Source: Nitrosopumilaceae archaeon
Lineage (GTDB): Archaea; Thermoproteota; Nitrososphaeria; Nitrososphaerales; Nitrosopumilaceae
NCBI GenBank assembly: GCA_035527875.1
Contig: DATKZR010000052.1
Span: forward strand, 6,431 to 38,430
DNA length: 32,000 nt
Direction of reading: 5' to 3'
A program made the position numbers and the translations under genes. The notes beneath the pieces were generated by a model. That model worked only from the letters and a program-made list of their open reading frames with translations, was not told the DNA's origin and made no database searches. Of the stretch, positions 1-9,017 are shown piece by piece; positions within the stretch are counted from its first letter, which is position 1; the number at the start of each line of letters is the position of its first letter.

Positions 1-294
1 AACATACGGGTGATGTTTCTTCATCGAGGCAAATCCAATTTTCTTTGAAATTTCTGTAAATTTCTCATCAGAAGTTTCTTTTTTGAATTTTATGAAAATA
101 TCTACATCTGCGTTTTTGGATAACCATGTTCCTTTGGCAAAAGAACCTCCAAATTCCAAACCAATTACCTCTGGAAAGGTCTTTAATTGCTCTTCAACTA
201 GTTTGAAAGCCAAATCAGCAATTTGTTTTTTTGAATTTTCTAAAGATTTAGTTAGAATCACTGATTTTCGAACTTTGGAAATTATTTCTTTCAT
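1..294 (-). CDS. cca: CCA-adding enzyme (archaeal class I tRNA nucleotidyltransferase), N-terminal part; gene runs off the window
   Basis: Not in the ORF track because it is truncated by the window edge. Reverse translation from 294 gives MKEIISKVRKSVILTKSLENSKKQIADLAFKLVEEQLKTFPEVIGLEFGGSFAKGTWLSKNADVDIFIKFKKETSDEKF... GGSFAKGTWL...DVDIF matches the class I nucleotidyltransferase GS...DxD signature of archaeal CCA enzymes. Its ATG overlaps the thpR stop (TAATG). Confidence 0.8.
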   Translation of the reverse strand, partial: MKEIISKVRKSVILTKSLENSKKQIADLAFKLVEEQLKTFPEVIGLEFGGSFAKGTWLSKNADVDIFIKFKKETSDEKFTEISKKIGFASMKKHHPYV

Positions 295-836
295 TATGTT
301 GCCTTTATCTCCTCTAAATCAGAATACACTGGACCTTGTGGAGTAAGAAGGCTTTGTTTGAGTTTAATATTTGATATTTCCTGTGATCCAAATTCATATT
401 CTTTAAACTTCTCCATCTCTTTACTAATGTCATCTATCTTGTTTTTAATTCTAAATACTGTAATGTGAGATTTAAAGGGCTTATCTGAAGTAAATCCCAA
501 AGGAGATAGCACGTTTTCAACTTTTTTTGCTAGATCCATCAATTCATTTCCACCAGCATCATCTGTACCAATCCAGATAACTCTAGGAAACTTCATTTTA
601 GGGAAAGCTCCAATTCCTTTGAAATTTACTTTGAAAGATGAAAACTTTATTGTTTGAAGTGCTTGTGATATTTTATGAGAAATTTCCTCTGAAATTTCAC
701 CCAAAAACTGAAGGGTGAAATGCAAATTTTGAGGTTCAACAGTTTTTGCCTTAATGTTAATCTCTGATTGAAATTTTTTAATCGAACTTATTACTTCTCT
801 ATTAGAAATTTCAACAGCAACAAAAGCTCGCATCAC
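294..836 (-). CDS. thpR: RNA 2',3'-cyclic phosphodiesterase / 2'-5' RNA ligase (2H phosphoesterase, LigT/ThpR family)
   Basis: 180 aa with the two H-x-T-x motifs of the 2H superfamily (HFTLQF and HITVFR). Translationally coupled to cca downstream, a common archaeal pairing. Confidence 0.85.
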   Translation of the reverse strand: MMRAFVAVEISNREVISSIKKFQSEINIKAKTVEPQNLHFTLQFLGEISEEISHKISQALQTIKFSSFKVNFKGIGAFPKMKFPRVIWIGTDDAGGNELMDLAKKVENVLSPLGFTSDKPFKSHITVFRIKNKIDDISKEMEKFKEYEFGSQEISNIKLKQSLLTPQGPVYSDLEEIKAT

Positions 837-906
837 AACTTTCTTTGAAGTATCTTTATAATAATTTCCGGTAGCTTCATAGATTAGCCGATTTGTTATT
901 TATTAA

Positions 907-1455
907 ATGACCAAACTAATTGTTTGTCTAACTGGCATGCCTGGTGCAGGAAAATCTACCATAGCTGATGGGCTAAAATCCAACGGTTATGAAATCATCA
1001 ATATGGGAAATGCAGTAAGGACTGAGGCAAAGAAAAGAAATCTTGAACCCACAGGGCCTAACCTTGGGGAATTAATGCTTGAGCTTCGCGAAAAAAATGG
1101 CCCCGGGGCTGTTGCAGAATTGGTAAAACCACAAATAGAAAATTCAAAATCAAATGTAATAATTATTGATGGAATAAGATCCTCCCCTGAAATCGAAGTT
1201 CTAAGAAAATATGGTACAGTAAAACTCCTTGCTATACATGCCTCAACTGATACGCGATTCGGATTCTTGCAACAACGAGGGAGATTAGATGATCCCAAAA
1301 CAAAGGAGAATTTTGAAGAAAGAGATGATCGTGAATTAGGTGTGGGCATTAGTAACCCTATTGCGTTGTCTGATGATGCAATTTCAAATAATAATCTCAC
1401 AAAAGAAGAGTTGATTGAATTATCGATTAAAAAAATTGAAAACTGGCAACAATGA
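907..1455 (+). CDS. P-loop nucleotide kinase-like protein (UPF0200 / dephospho-CoA-kinase-like family)
   Basis: N-terminal Walker A (GMPGAGKST) and a size (182 aa) typical of small archaeal NMP-kinase-fold proteins. Overlaps the next gene by ATGA. Confidence 0.65.
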   Translation: MTKLIVCLTGMPGAGKSTIADGLKSNGYEIINMGNAVRTEAKKRNLEPTGPNLGELMLELREKNGPGAVAELVKPQIENSKSNVIIIDGIRSSPEIEVLRKYGTVKLLAIHASTDTRFGFLQQRGRLDDPKTKENFEERDDRELGVGISNPIALSDDAISNNNLTKEELIELSIKKIENWQQ

Positions 1456-1847
1456 ATATTCCTTCTCTTAAATGTAAAATTGAAATATTTTGCCCGATTA
1501 ATCCATCAGAAGATCCAAACAAGGTGGAATCTGCAATTTTAAACGTATTTCCAAACTGTACAATTAAAATCGAGAAATTTTTTATCAAAAGTGAATCCAA
1601 GGATCTGCATTCATTAGAAAAAATTTATGAAACTATACATTCAATGCACTCTCAAAGGATTTATCGTCGCACCTTACAAAACAATTTAGAAAACAATTCT
1701 ACATGGTTTTATCTTAACAAACAAGCTGCATTTGCAGAAAAAATAGTCATTTGTGAGAAATCAGATGAATCCCCATTAGGACCAATTAAAGTAGTTTTGA
1801 CTTCTACAAATATTGAAGAAATTATTGATTGGTTTATTCTTGAATAG
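1452..1847 (+). CDS. Conserved archaeal hypothetical protein, probably UPF0201/COG1931-type (predicted RNA-binding) partner of the upstream kinase-like gene
   Basis: 131-aa ORF coupled by a 4-nt overlap to the UPF0200-like gene. The family assignment rests on remembered synteny and size, not on a strong motif. Confidence 0.45.
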   Translation: MNIPSLKCKIEIFCPINPSEDPNKVESAILNVFPNCTIKIEKFFIKSESKDLHSLEKIYETIHSMHSQRIYRRTLQNNLENNSTWFYLNKQAAFAEKIVICEKSDESPLGPIKVVLTSTNIEEIIDWFILE

Positions 1848-1932
1848 GAATAAAATTAGCTAACTAAATTCAATCATTATTAGATTTTTTTTAAATATTG
1901 AGCATAAAAAATAATTTTTAGTTAAACTAAAC

Positions 1933-2295
1933 ATGATACTAAAGCTTGGAATTTTAGTCGTAATTTTAGTAGTAGGTGGCATTATTTTCTCCTCCGAAAT
2001 ACAGACATATTTTCCAAATACAAGTTCAACAGGGATAAACTCGTTGGAAACTGATGTAAATACAATAACTACAAAATCTCTTGAATCTGCAGAGAAAAAA
2101 ATAGGGTCATCAGTAGATAAAGTAGAATCCAAAATATCTGATATTGGCCATCAAACGGTTCAAACTGCGGAGAATTCAATAAATTCTTCAGTTGATCAAG
2201 TAGAGACGAAGCTGTCCGAAATTAAACAAAATTCAACGGAATATGTTGAAGAAAAAATATCTGATAAATTTTCATTTTTGAATCCAAGCGATTAA
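1933..2295 (+). CDS. Hypothetical membrane-anchored protein with an internal repeat
   Basis: N-terminal TM helix (LGILVVILVVGGIIF), then a polar Ser/Glu/Lys-rich region with duplicated SSVDKVESKISDI / SSVDQVETKLSEI segments. A/T-rich promoter-like sequence lies upstream. Confidence 0.5.
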   Translation: MILKLGILVVILVVGGIIFSSEIQTYFPNTSSTGINSLETDVNTITTKSLESAEKKIGSSVDKVESKISDIGHQTVQTAENSINSSVDQVETKLSEIKQNSTEYVEEKISDKFSFLNPSD

Positions 2296-2399
2296 TTTTA
2301 TCAATTTAAATTTAATTATTTTTAATTAATTATTTTCCCTATAGAGTATTGTACGAAAACTCACAAAAAACTAAATGGCAGCTATCTACAAGACAACCC

Positions 2400-2789
2400 A
2401 TGAGTAACCTCAAAGCCACTTCAATTGATCATGTAAATATGAAAGTCAAAAACTTGGAGAAATCAGTAGAGTTTTACAAAAATCTTTTTGGCTTTGAGAT
2501 AAAACAAGAAGAAAATCCAAACAAAACAGACGTCCCCTCAAAAATCATTGGAAATGAGACAATCAAGCTCTGTCTGTATGAAGTACCAGGAATGTCACCA
2601 GAAGGTGGAATTGCTCACTTTGGATTTAATATTTCAAATTTTGATGAAATAATTTCAAAATGCAAAGAACTAGACGTCCAGATACTTTATGGGGGTGCAA
2701 TTGATTGGGAAAAATCAAAATCAGTTTACATTGTAGATCCCAGTGGTTATGAATTAGAATTGGGTCAAGTTTCTGGTGGCGGGTTGTAG
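2400..2789 (+). CDS. VOC (glyoxalase/bleomycin-resistance/dioxygenase) family protein
   Basis: SIDHVNMKVKNLEKSVEFYKNLFGFE is a typical VOC beta-alpha-beta-beta-beta opening and YIVDPSGYELEL a typical C-terminal strand. The ORF track starts at TTG 2349, but the in-frame ATG at 2400 sits just before the conserved domain. Confidence 0.75.
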   Translation: MSNLKATSIDHVNMKVKNLEKSVEFYKNLFGFEIKQEENPNKTDVPSKIIGNETIKLCLYEVPGMSPEGGIAHFGFNISNFDEIISKCKELDVQILYGGAIDWEKSKSVYIVDPSGYELELGQVSGGGL

Positions 2790-2795
2790 AAGATA

Positions 2796-3782
2796 ATGAA
2801 AATTCTTTTTTTGCTGTTATTTCTTGTTCCATTTGTTGTTCCAGCTTTTGCTGCAAATATCGTAATAATTGAAGTAGAATCAAACCCTGAAGGAAACGAT
2901 GCAGGAAAGGAGTGGGCAAGATTATTTAACTCTGGAAAAGAATCAGTAACCTTGTCTGGGTGGGGTATAAACTCAACTCATGCTGAAACAAAATCTTACA
3001 ACCTGTCAGGAAATATTGGAGCATGTACGGACAAGATGATAAAATTTCCAGGTGAGTTTGTTGACAATGAAAATGAATCACTAATTCTGTATGATGACAC
3101 TGGAAAAGTTGTTGATTCCACTTCCAAAATTAATGATAAAGCAAATAATAGTATCACTTGGACAACAAAGACTCCAAAATGTGAGTTTTCACTAGATAAA
3201 AGTTCAGAAGAAGACCCAGCACCAACACCAGTAGAGACAACCCCAAAACCAGTAGAGACAACCCCAAAACCAGTAAAGACAACCCCAGAAATAATTGAAG
3301 AAAGTGAAGAAAATAATTTCCTAGATTTTGGAGTTTCTATTGAGAAAGATGAAGAATTCATTGAGGATTTGGACCCTATTTTGCCCTACCTAGGCATAGT
3401 AGCAGTAGTAATTTTTGGGATAGTTATTGTTATAATTATGAGGAATAGTAGAAAAGAATACGATCCTTCTGAAGTTAAGGACAAAGAAAAAGATAAGGAA
3501 TATGATATTATACCCATGTCTGAAAAATTTCAAGACATGCAAACCAATAAAAATTTGAATAAGGAAAAAATTCCAAGTCCAGAACAATTTATAGAAAATA
3601 AGATTCGGTTAATCTTAAACCTGCAAGAAAACAAAATTGGTGATTTTGATAAATTAGAAAAAATTAAAAACTCTCTAATGGCAGATCGTGCTTTTACCCT
3701 AAAGGACAACAAATACATCGAATCCCAAAATGAAGAATTTAAAAACGCAACAAAGAAAAAATCTGAAGATGATAAGTCTTGA
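2796..3782 (+). CDS. Surface protein: signal peptide, lamin-tail domain (LTD), Pro/Thr-rich tandem linker, TM anchor and a Lys/Glu-rich cytoplasmic tail
   Basis: Signal peptide MKILFLLLFLVPFVVPAFA. IVIIEVESNPEGNDAGKEWARLFNSGKESVTLSGWGI matches the LTD consensus (..I.EV..NP.G.D...E.v.L.N.g...v.LsGW.l). PVETTPK repeats, then TM LGIVAVVIFGIVIVIIM. Confidence 0.7.
   Translation: MKILFLLLFLVPFVVPAFAANIVIIEVESNPEGNDAGKEWARLFNSGKESVTLSGWGINSTHAETKSYNLSGNIGACTDKMIKFPGEFVDNENESLILYDDTGKVVDSTSKINDKANNSITWTTKTPKCEFSLDKSSEEDPAPTPVETTPKPVETTPKPVKTTPEIIEESEENNFLDFGVSIEKDEEFIEDLDPILPYLGIVAVVIFGIVIVIIMRNSRKEYDPSEVKDKEKDKEYDIIPMSEKFQDMQTNKNLNKEKIPSPEQFIENKIRLILNLQENKIGDFDKLEKIKNSLMADRAFTLKDNKYIESQNEEFKNATKKKSEDDKS
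3228..3290 (+). repeat. 3 x 21-bp in-frame tandem repeat encoding PVETTPK / PVETTPK / PVKTTPE
   Basis: ccagtagagacaaccccaaaa occurs twice perfectly (3228-3248, 3249-3269), followed by ccagtaaagacaaccccagaa (3270-3290). Confidence 0.95.
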
Positions 3783-3900
3783 TGAGGAATTTTACCTTTG
3801 CAAAAAATGTGGTACAAAATGAAAGATAAATTATGAATAATTTTTGGAAAAATATGAAGAAAAACTATCTTAAATATTTCAGAATTCCCGAGTATTATTG

Positions 3901-5253
3901 ATGAAAATTCTTGTTGTTTGTTTATTGGGATTATTTTTAATTTCTATGGTTTCTCCCTCTTTTTCTCATGAAAGCCCTGATCATAATTTGAGAGTAACCA
4001 CTGACGATAGTAGCTATAATGTAGGTGACCTAATAGCAATTTCAGTAAATGTATCAGAATATGATGGGGGTGCTATTGCAATCCAAATTTGGAAGGATGG
4101 AGATATTATTGATGTGAATCAAGGTGAGGTAACCTTTTCCGGAGATACAGAGGTAACTTATTCTTATATTACAATTGTGGAAGGCCCATCTTGGACTCAG
4201 GGAACTTATGTTGCTAGAGCAGCACATCATGGAAGTGTTGGAGAAACAACTTTTCATGTTGTAACTTCAGAAATAGAAGAAGAGTCACCAGAACAAACAA
4301 CTGGGCCCCCAAAAAAAAGAATTACAATTAAAATGGAAGATTCTATTTTTTATCTTGATTCATCAAATAAAATTATTCGTGCAACCGTAGAAATTCAAAA
4401 TTATATTCCTAGTGATGGAGGATACTTCATGAAAGTAACTCATATTCCTACAGACAAAGTTCTAAAAGATTTCCGAATATTTCCAAAACCTTCTAAAGAT
4501 GATTTGTGGACTGTTCCAATAGCCTATCCTATTTTAGAGTCAGATATCAAAGTTGGAAACCAGATACTATTTGGAGAGTTTGAAATACATATCAGAACAG
4601 AATTTGGTATACAAACTGCAAGTACTAATTTTTCAATTTTAGAATCTTACGATGAACCAGAGCCTCAGATTGAAACCCCCGCTTTGGAATTAGATTCTGG
4701 ACCTAGTGATCAATCTTTTCAAAACATTCCCGAATGGGTAAAAACCAATGCTGGATGGTGGACAAATGATAAAATTTCCGAGCCTGAATTTCTACGATCT
4801 ATTGAATATCTGATAAAAAATGACATAATGATAATTCCTATCAATGAAAATCTGTCATCCTTTACAACCACATATTCTCTTCCCTCTAAATATTCCAAAG
4901 AATTTGTGGAAATTACTGGGAGTATTTCAGAAAAACACCAAGGAGCCTTGACTTTAACAATTGTAAAGCCAGACAAGTCAGAAGATAAACTTACCACCTT
5001 TACACGAGATGGAAACTTTGTTACATCCATGGAATTAACCACCGAATCACTACCAGGAATTTATCAGGTATTTGTGGAAATTAAAGGTAACCAGACTCAT
5101 GTATCTACATTTAATGTGAAGGTTGGAGATTCTGCAAAGATCCCAACATGGATTAAAAATAATGCTGATTGGTGGGCACAGGGGTTAATCACAGATGATG
5201 ACTTTGTAAAAGGAATACAGTATTTGGTAGAACAAGATATTATTATAGTCTAA
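3901..5253 (+). CDS. Secreted hypothetical protein with beta-sandwich-like regions and two copies of a 37-aa Trp-rich module
   Basis: Signal peptide MKILVVCLLGLFLISMVSPSFS. The modules are IPEWVKTNAGWWTNDKISEPEFLRSIEYLIKNDIMII (4726-4836) and IPTWIKNNADWWAQGLITDDDFVKGIQYLVEQDIIIV (5140-5250, the extreme C-terminus). No TM anchor. Confidence 0.7.
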   Translation: MKILVVCLLGLFLISMVSPSFSHESPDHNLRVTTDDSSYNVGDLIAISVNVSEYDGGAIAIQIWKDGDIIDVNQGEVTFSGDTEVTYSYITIVEGPSWTQGTYVARAAHHGSVGETTFHVVTSEIEEESPEQTTGPPKKRITIKMEDSIFYLDSSNKIIRATVEIQNYIPSDGGYFMKVTHIPTDKVLKDFRIFPKPSKDDLWTVPIAYPILESDIKVGNQILFGEFEIHIRTEFGIQTASTNFSILESYDEPEPQIETPALELDSGPSDQSFQNIPEWVKTNAGWWTNDKISEPEFLRSIEYLIKNDIMIIPINENLSSFTTTYSLPSKYSKEFVEITGSISEKHQGALTLTIVKPDKSEDKLTTFTRDGNFVTSMELTTESLPGIYQVFVEIKGNQTHVSTFNVKVGDSAKIPTWIKNNADWWAQGLITDDDFVKGIQYLVEQDIIIV

Positions 5254-5414
5254 ACTTTTTTACTTTACTAAATTGTTTAATTTTAAAATTATTTTTTTAT
5301 GAGGGATAAAAAATAAAACGAATGGATACTGATCCGATTGTTTAGGGGAAAAATTGTACCAAAAAAATATGACATTCAGAATTCCTTAAATTCATTAATT
5401 ATCCAATAAAAACT

Positions 5415-5464
5415 GGGAAACTGGGCGTGATTTGCTATTGTATGTAGTTTTGTCACGTTTTCCC
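5415..5464 (-). terminator. Possible terminator hairpin plus T-run downstream of cobB
   Basis: GGGAAA(5415-5420)/TTTCCC(5459-5464) and CGTGA(5426-5430)/TCACG(5453-5457) can pair. On the minus strand the hairpin is followed by AGTTTTTATT. It lies 40 nt after the cobB stop. Confidence 0.3.
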
Positions 5465-5503
5465 AATAATATATTGAAGCTAAAATAACCTAAGAAAGAA
5501 AGT

Positions 5504-6253
5504 CTATCTTTTTTGGTTATCTTCTTTCAAATTTTGTAATTTAAAAGTAGAAACTAATTCTGGTAAAACAGTAGCAGAAGTTGATCTAATTGAAAAATCC
5601 ATTTCTGTCGTCATGATGGTTTCATCTGGATTTATTTCTACTAGGATAGCATTATTTTGTTTAGCATAGATTGGTAAGGTATTTGCCGGAGATACCACAA
5701 GTGAAGTCCCTGCAATAATCATTACATCACAACTATTTGCATGAATTATTGCTTCTTGCCATACATCTTGAGGTAAGCCTTCACCAAACCACACCACGTC
5801 AGGTCTTAACATATTCCCACATGTGCATAAAGGAGGCAATTCTGAAAAATCAGTATAAATTTCATCTTTATAATCACAAACGGTACATTTTATTTTTACA
5901 ATACTTCCATGCAATTCTAAAACTTGAGAGCTGCCTGCTTTTTGATGAAGTCCATCAATATTCTGAGTAAGAACAACTACCTTGGAAAATTTTTCCAATT
6001 CCATAATTGCTTTATGTCCAAGATTAGGTTCAGAACAAAAAATATTATGCCTTCTTTCATTATACCACTCCCAAACTAATTTAGGGTTATCATAAAATGC
6101 CTCAATTGTGGCTAATTTCATTGCATCATAATTTTTCCACAACCCGTCCTTTCCCCTAAAGGTTGGAATTCCACTTTCTTGTGAAATTCCTGCTCCTGTT
6201 ACAAAAACAATTTTTTTTGCATCTCTTAGTTTTTCTGCAATTGAATTAATCAT
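5504..6253 (-). CDS. cobB: NAD-dependent protein deacylase, Sir2 family
   Basis: GAGISQESGIPTFRG NAD-binding motif, QNIDGLH, and the zinc ribbon CTVC...CTCG. 249 aa. Confidence 0.9.
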   Translation of the reverse strand: MINSIAEKLRDAKKIVFVTGAGISQESGIPTFRGKDGLWKNYDAMKLATIEAFYDNPKLVWEWYNERRHNIFCSEPNLGHKAIMELEKFSKVVVLTQNIDGLHQKAGSSQVLELHGSIVKIKCTVCDYKDEIYTDFSELPPLCTCGNMLRPDVVWFGEGLPQDVWQEAIIHANSCDVMIIAGTSLVVSPANTLPIYAKQNNAILVEINPDETIMTTEMDFSIRSTSATVLPELVSTFKLQNLKEDNQKR

Positions 6254-6254
6254 C

Positions 6255-7154
6255 TTATTTTATTTCAACTTCTAAAAGATCTTTTGCAGTAATTACAGAA
6301 TCATGAATTTGATTTGCTTCTTCTAGATGTTGAGTTTCGTCCTTGTATCTTGCAGAAAAATGGGTAAGAATTAGATTTTTTACATTAGCATTTTTTCCTA
6401 ATGTAGCTGCTTGTTTTGCAGTAGAATGATGTGTTTCTAGTGCTTTTTCCTTTAGTTCATCTAAAAAGGTAGAATCAAAAACAAGATAATCACAATTCTT
6501 AAAGAATTTTTCTAAATCTTCAGTTGGCATCGTATCTCCTGAAATTCCAATTTTTTTGCCAGGTCTTTTTTCTTCTAGCACTTGATCAGATGTAATAATT
6601 TTTCCCCCGATTTCAATTTGTTCCCCATTTTGCAATTTATTCCAAAGATGACCTTCTGGAATTCCAATTGATTTGGCTTTCTCAAGATTAAATCTTCCGG
6701 GTTTGTCTTTTTCATCAAAACGATATGAAAATGCAGAAATAGAATGACTAGCTTTGCAGGCGTGTATAGAATAAAATTTGGAATCTAAAACTTTACCTTC
6801 TTCTATTATTGAAATCATTATTGGAAATGACAATCCAAAATTTAATACCTTGATATTTGCAGCAATAAATTCATCAATTCCTTTTGGTCCATAAATTTCT
6901 AAAGATTCTGTTCTATGTTGCATATTCATTGTCTGAAGAAGTCCTAAAATCCCAACACAATGGTCACCATGAAGATGTGTTACAAAAATTTTCATTTTTT
7001 TATTCCATCCTAACCCTGATTTAGAAAATGAGATTTGAGCGGATTCTCCAGCATCAAACATTAGAATTTCTCCCTCTCTTACAAGACAAATACATGATAA
7101 TCCTCTTTTTTCAGTAGGCTGAGCAGCTGATGTACCCAGAAAAACAAGTTTCAT
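6255..7154 (-). CDS. rnz: Ribonuclease Z (tRNA 3' endonuclease, metallo-beta-lactamase fold)
   Basis: [16 protein letters not shown]...FDAGESAQ...[17 protein letters not shown]...IYGP is the short-form RNase Z pattern with the HxHxDH motif. 299 aa. Confidence 0.9.
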   Translation of the reverse strand: MKLVFLGTSAAQPTEKRGLSCICLVREGEILMFDAGESAQISFSKSGLGWNKKMKIFVTHLHGDHCVGILGLLQTMNMQHRTESLEIYGPKGIDEFIAANIKVLNFGLSFPIMISIIEEGKVLDSKFYSIHACKASHSISAFSYRFDEKDKPGRFNLEKAKSIGIPEGHLWNKLQNGEQIEIGGKIITSDQVLEEKRPGKKIGISGDTMPTEDLEKFFKNCDYLVFDSTFLDELKEKALETHHSTAKQAATLGKNANVKNLILTHFSARYKDETQHLEEANQIHDSVITAKDLLEVEIK

Positions 7155-8098
7155 TTTATCAAAATAGTCCTTGTCAAGCTTTTATGCCTATAGATATCAT
7201 AAGTTTTGGATGAATTCATGTTCAATTTTTTTTCAAATCCCTTTTTACACATTATTGCAATCTTTTTACGTCTAGGCAACATAGATACAAATTTTTTAAT
7301 TAATGCTTGAGGATCTTCTGATACTTTAGACGCAATTCCATATGGAAGGTCAGTTACAATCCCATCAAATTTATCTTCCATTTTTGTAAATTCACTAAAA
7401 TCTGCCTTGATTATTTTTGATTTGAATCCATTTGCTTCCAAATTTTCCTTTGAAATTTCTATCATTTTTTTATCGAAATCTAACCCAATTGCATTTATTC
7501 CCATTGATTCTGCCTCCAATAGCGTAGTACCTGTTCCACAAAAGGGATCGCATAAAGTTTCGCCTTCTTTTAGCCCAATCAAATTTATCATTACTCTAGC
7601 TAATTTCCAATCTAATTCATGTGGATGTTTTCGGACTTTTTTAGGTCTACTAGGAAATTTTTCTGGTCTGGAAAAACCAAAAAAATTCTCTTGATTTGTG
7701 AAAATCAAATAAATGATAATATCAGGATTTTGTAAATTTACTTGAGCCTGAGAAAGCTTTGAAATCATATCCCCCATCGAGCTTTCCAATTCTGGAATGT
7801 CAAAATGCTTTGAAGATAAATTTACAATTCTACACGCAAAAGTTTTGGCATTTTTTAAAACTTCAAAATTTTCTTCTCCTAAAAATAATCCTGACATTTT
7901 ACGTAAAATTTGACCTGAAATTTTAACAAAAGTTGCACGCCTTGCAATTTTTTCCCAATTTGTATTTGATTGTATTATTACCAAATTTGAAAATGATTTT
8001 GATTTTGCAAATCGATCATAAGTTTTTGCAATAGCAATTATTTCATCTTTGGCAATTTCTAAATGGTCTTTGGATAATACAAAAAAATTTTCTGGCAT
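7151..8098 (-). CDS. THUMP-domain tRNA (guanine-N2)-methyltransferase, Trm11/Trm-G10-like
   Basis: The C-terminal SAM-methyltransferase motifs [17 protein letters not shown] and DLPYG follow a roughly 150-aa N-terminal region of THUMP-like size. Overlaps rnz (4 nt) and prs (1 nt). Confidence 0.7.
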   Translation of the reverse strand: MPENFFVLSKDHLEIAKDEIIAIAKTYDRFAKSKSFSNLVIIQSNTNWEKIARRATFVKISGQILRKMSGLFLGEENFEVLKNAKTFACRIVNLSSKHFDIPELESSMGDMISKLSQAQVNLQNPDIIIYLIFTNQENFFGFSRPEKFPSRPKKVRKHPHELDWKLARVMINLIGLKEGETLCDPFCGTGTTLLEAESMGINAIGLDFDKKMIEISKENLEANGFKSKIIKADFSEFTKMEDKFDGIVTDLPYGIASKVSEDPQALIKKFVSMLPRRKKIAIMCKKGFEKKLNMNSSKTYDIYRHKSLTRTILIK

Positions 8099-8973
8099 TA
8101 TTTAATTGCCTTTGCAATTGTATTTGAAATATCAACAATAGAAGTATTTCCTGGTATAGTGTTAGTACTAATTATTTTGGTAACTCCAGATTTTCTAATT
8201 TTCTTTTCGGCACCATTCATTAAAAGAGCATGTGTACAGGCAACAAACACTCGATTACATTTTTGTTTCTTAAGAAATTCTGTAGCTTTGATTATACTTC
8301 CTCCAGTACTAATCATATCATCTACCAAAATCACATCTCTATCTCTTACCCCATCAAGGCCTTCAGTTTTAATTTGGACTTTACCAGTTTTACGATTGCG
8401 TTGCTTTTTTAGAGCAGTAAACTCTGATCCAAAATTATAAGCAAATTCTTTTGCTCTTTCTTTTCCTCCCTGATCAGGAGAAACGACTATGGGATTTTTT
8501 AAATTTATTTTCTTAAAATATCGGGTTAAATCAGGAATAGCAGATATGTTTTCATATTTGATTTTAAAATGTTTTAGTCCAATTTTACTATGAATATCTA
8601 CAACTATTACTTTGGAGGCACCTGCACCTTTTAACAATTTTCCAATTACCTTCATGGTTACGATTTCCCCAGGCAAAAATTCTCTATCTTGTCTGGCATA
8701 ACCCAGATATGGAATTACCACTATTACCTCAGAAGAAGCGTCTTTTGCCTTAGAGATTAGTGACAATGCATGGATCAGATTGGAATCAACTGGAGGATAT
8801 ATTGATTGGACCACTATTGTTTTACTCTTTGAAAGCTTTCCCTTGAGGGTGATTTTGCTTTCCCCATCTGGAAAAATCTTTACTTCTGATTTTACAAGGT
8901 TTGCCTTTAGTTTTTTAGAAATTTTTTTAGCTAAATCTTTTGATGAATTACCAGCAATAAGATTAATCAACAA
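8098..8973 (-). CDS. prs: Ribose-phosphate pyrophosphokinase (PRPP synthetase)
   Basis: PYLGYARQDR, VVSPDQGG and the PRPP-binding loop VILVDDMISTGGS. 291 aa. Confidence 0.9.
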   Translation of the reverse strand: MLINLIAGNSSKDLAKKISKKLKANLVKSEVKIFPDGESKITLKGKLSKSKTIVVQSIYPPVDSNLIHALSLISKAKDASSEVIVVIPYLGYARQDREFLPGEIVTMKVIGKLLKGAGASKVIVVDIHSKIGLKHFKIKYENISAIPDLTRYFKKINLKNPIVVSPDQGGKERAKEFAYNFGSEFTALKKQRNRKTGKVQIKTEGLDGVRDRDVILVDDMISTGGSIIKATEFLKKQKCNRVFVACTHALLMNGAEKKIRKSGVTKIISTNTIPGNTSIVDISNTIAKAIK

Positions 8974-9017
8974 ATGATCGTGTAGTGAAGGGATTCTTAA
9001 GTTTTAAGAAAAAGATT

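Noticed and set aside
2349-2399. The 17-codon N-terminal extension of the VOC protein from TTG 2349, and similar long forms of the ferredoxin (TTG 27122), phosphatase (ATG 31020), RAM protein (ATG 29245) and USP (TTG 18613).
   Set aside because: The extensions precede the conserved domain starts and have no family-typical sequence. Internal ATGs have better TATA-box spacing (about 25-30 nt), so the shorter forms were preferred. This remains unverified.
3771-3835. Mini-ORF ending ...EEFYLCKKCGTK* overlapping the end of the LTD gene, considered as a possible zinc-ribbon peptide.
   Set aside because: It is only 17 codons with a single CxxC, has no partner Cys pair or promoter/SD context, and overlaps the stop region of a real gene.
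4083-4092. A third copy of the CCAAATTTGG palindrome (also CAAATTTG at 22806-22813).
   Set aside because: Both lie inside coding regions and lack the flanking TATA/GTTTC context of the 23-nt block. By a rough estimate from the AT-rich composition, an 8-10-mer of this composition is expected about once by chance in 32 kb.
5290-5400. Possible C/D-box sRNA in the long convergent spacer (TATGAGG ... CTGA ...).
   Set aside because: There is no proper C box (RUGAUGA), no C'/D' pair at the right spacing and no terminal stem. The resemblance is limited to a CTGA tetramer, which is expected by chance.
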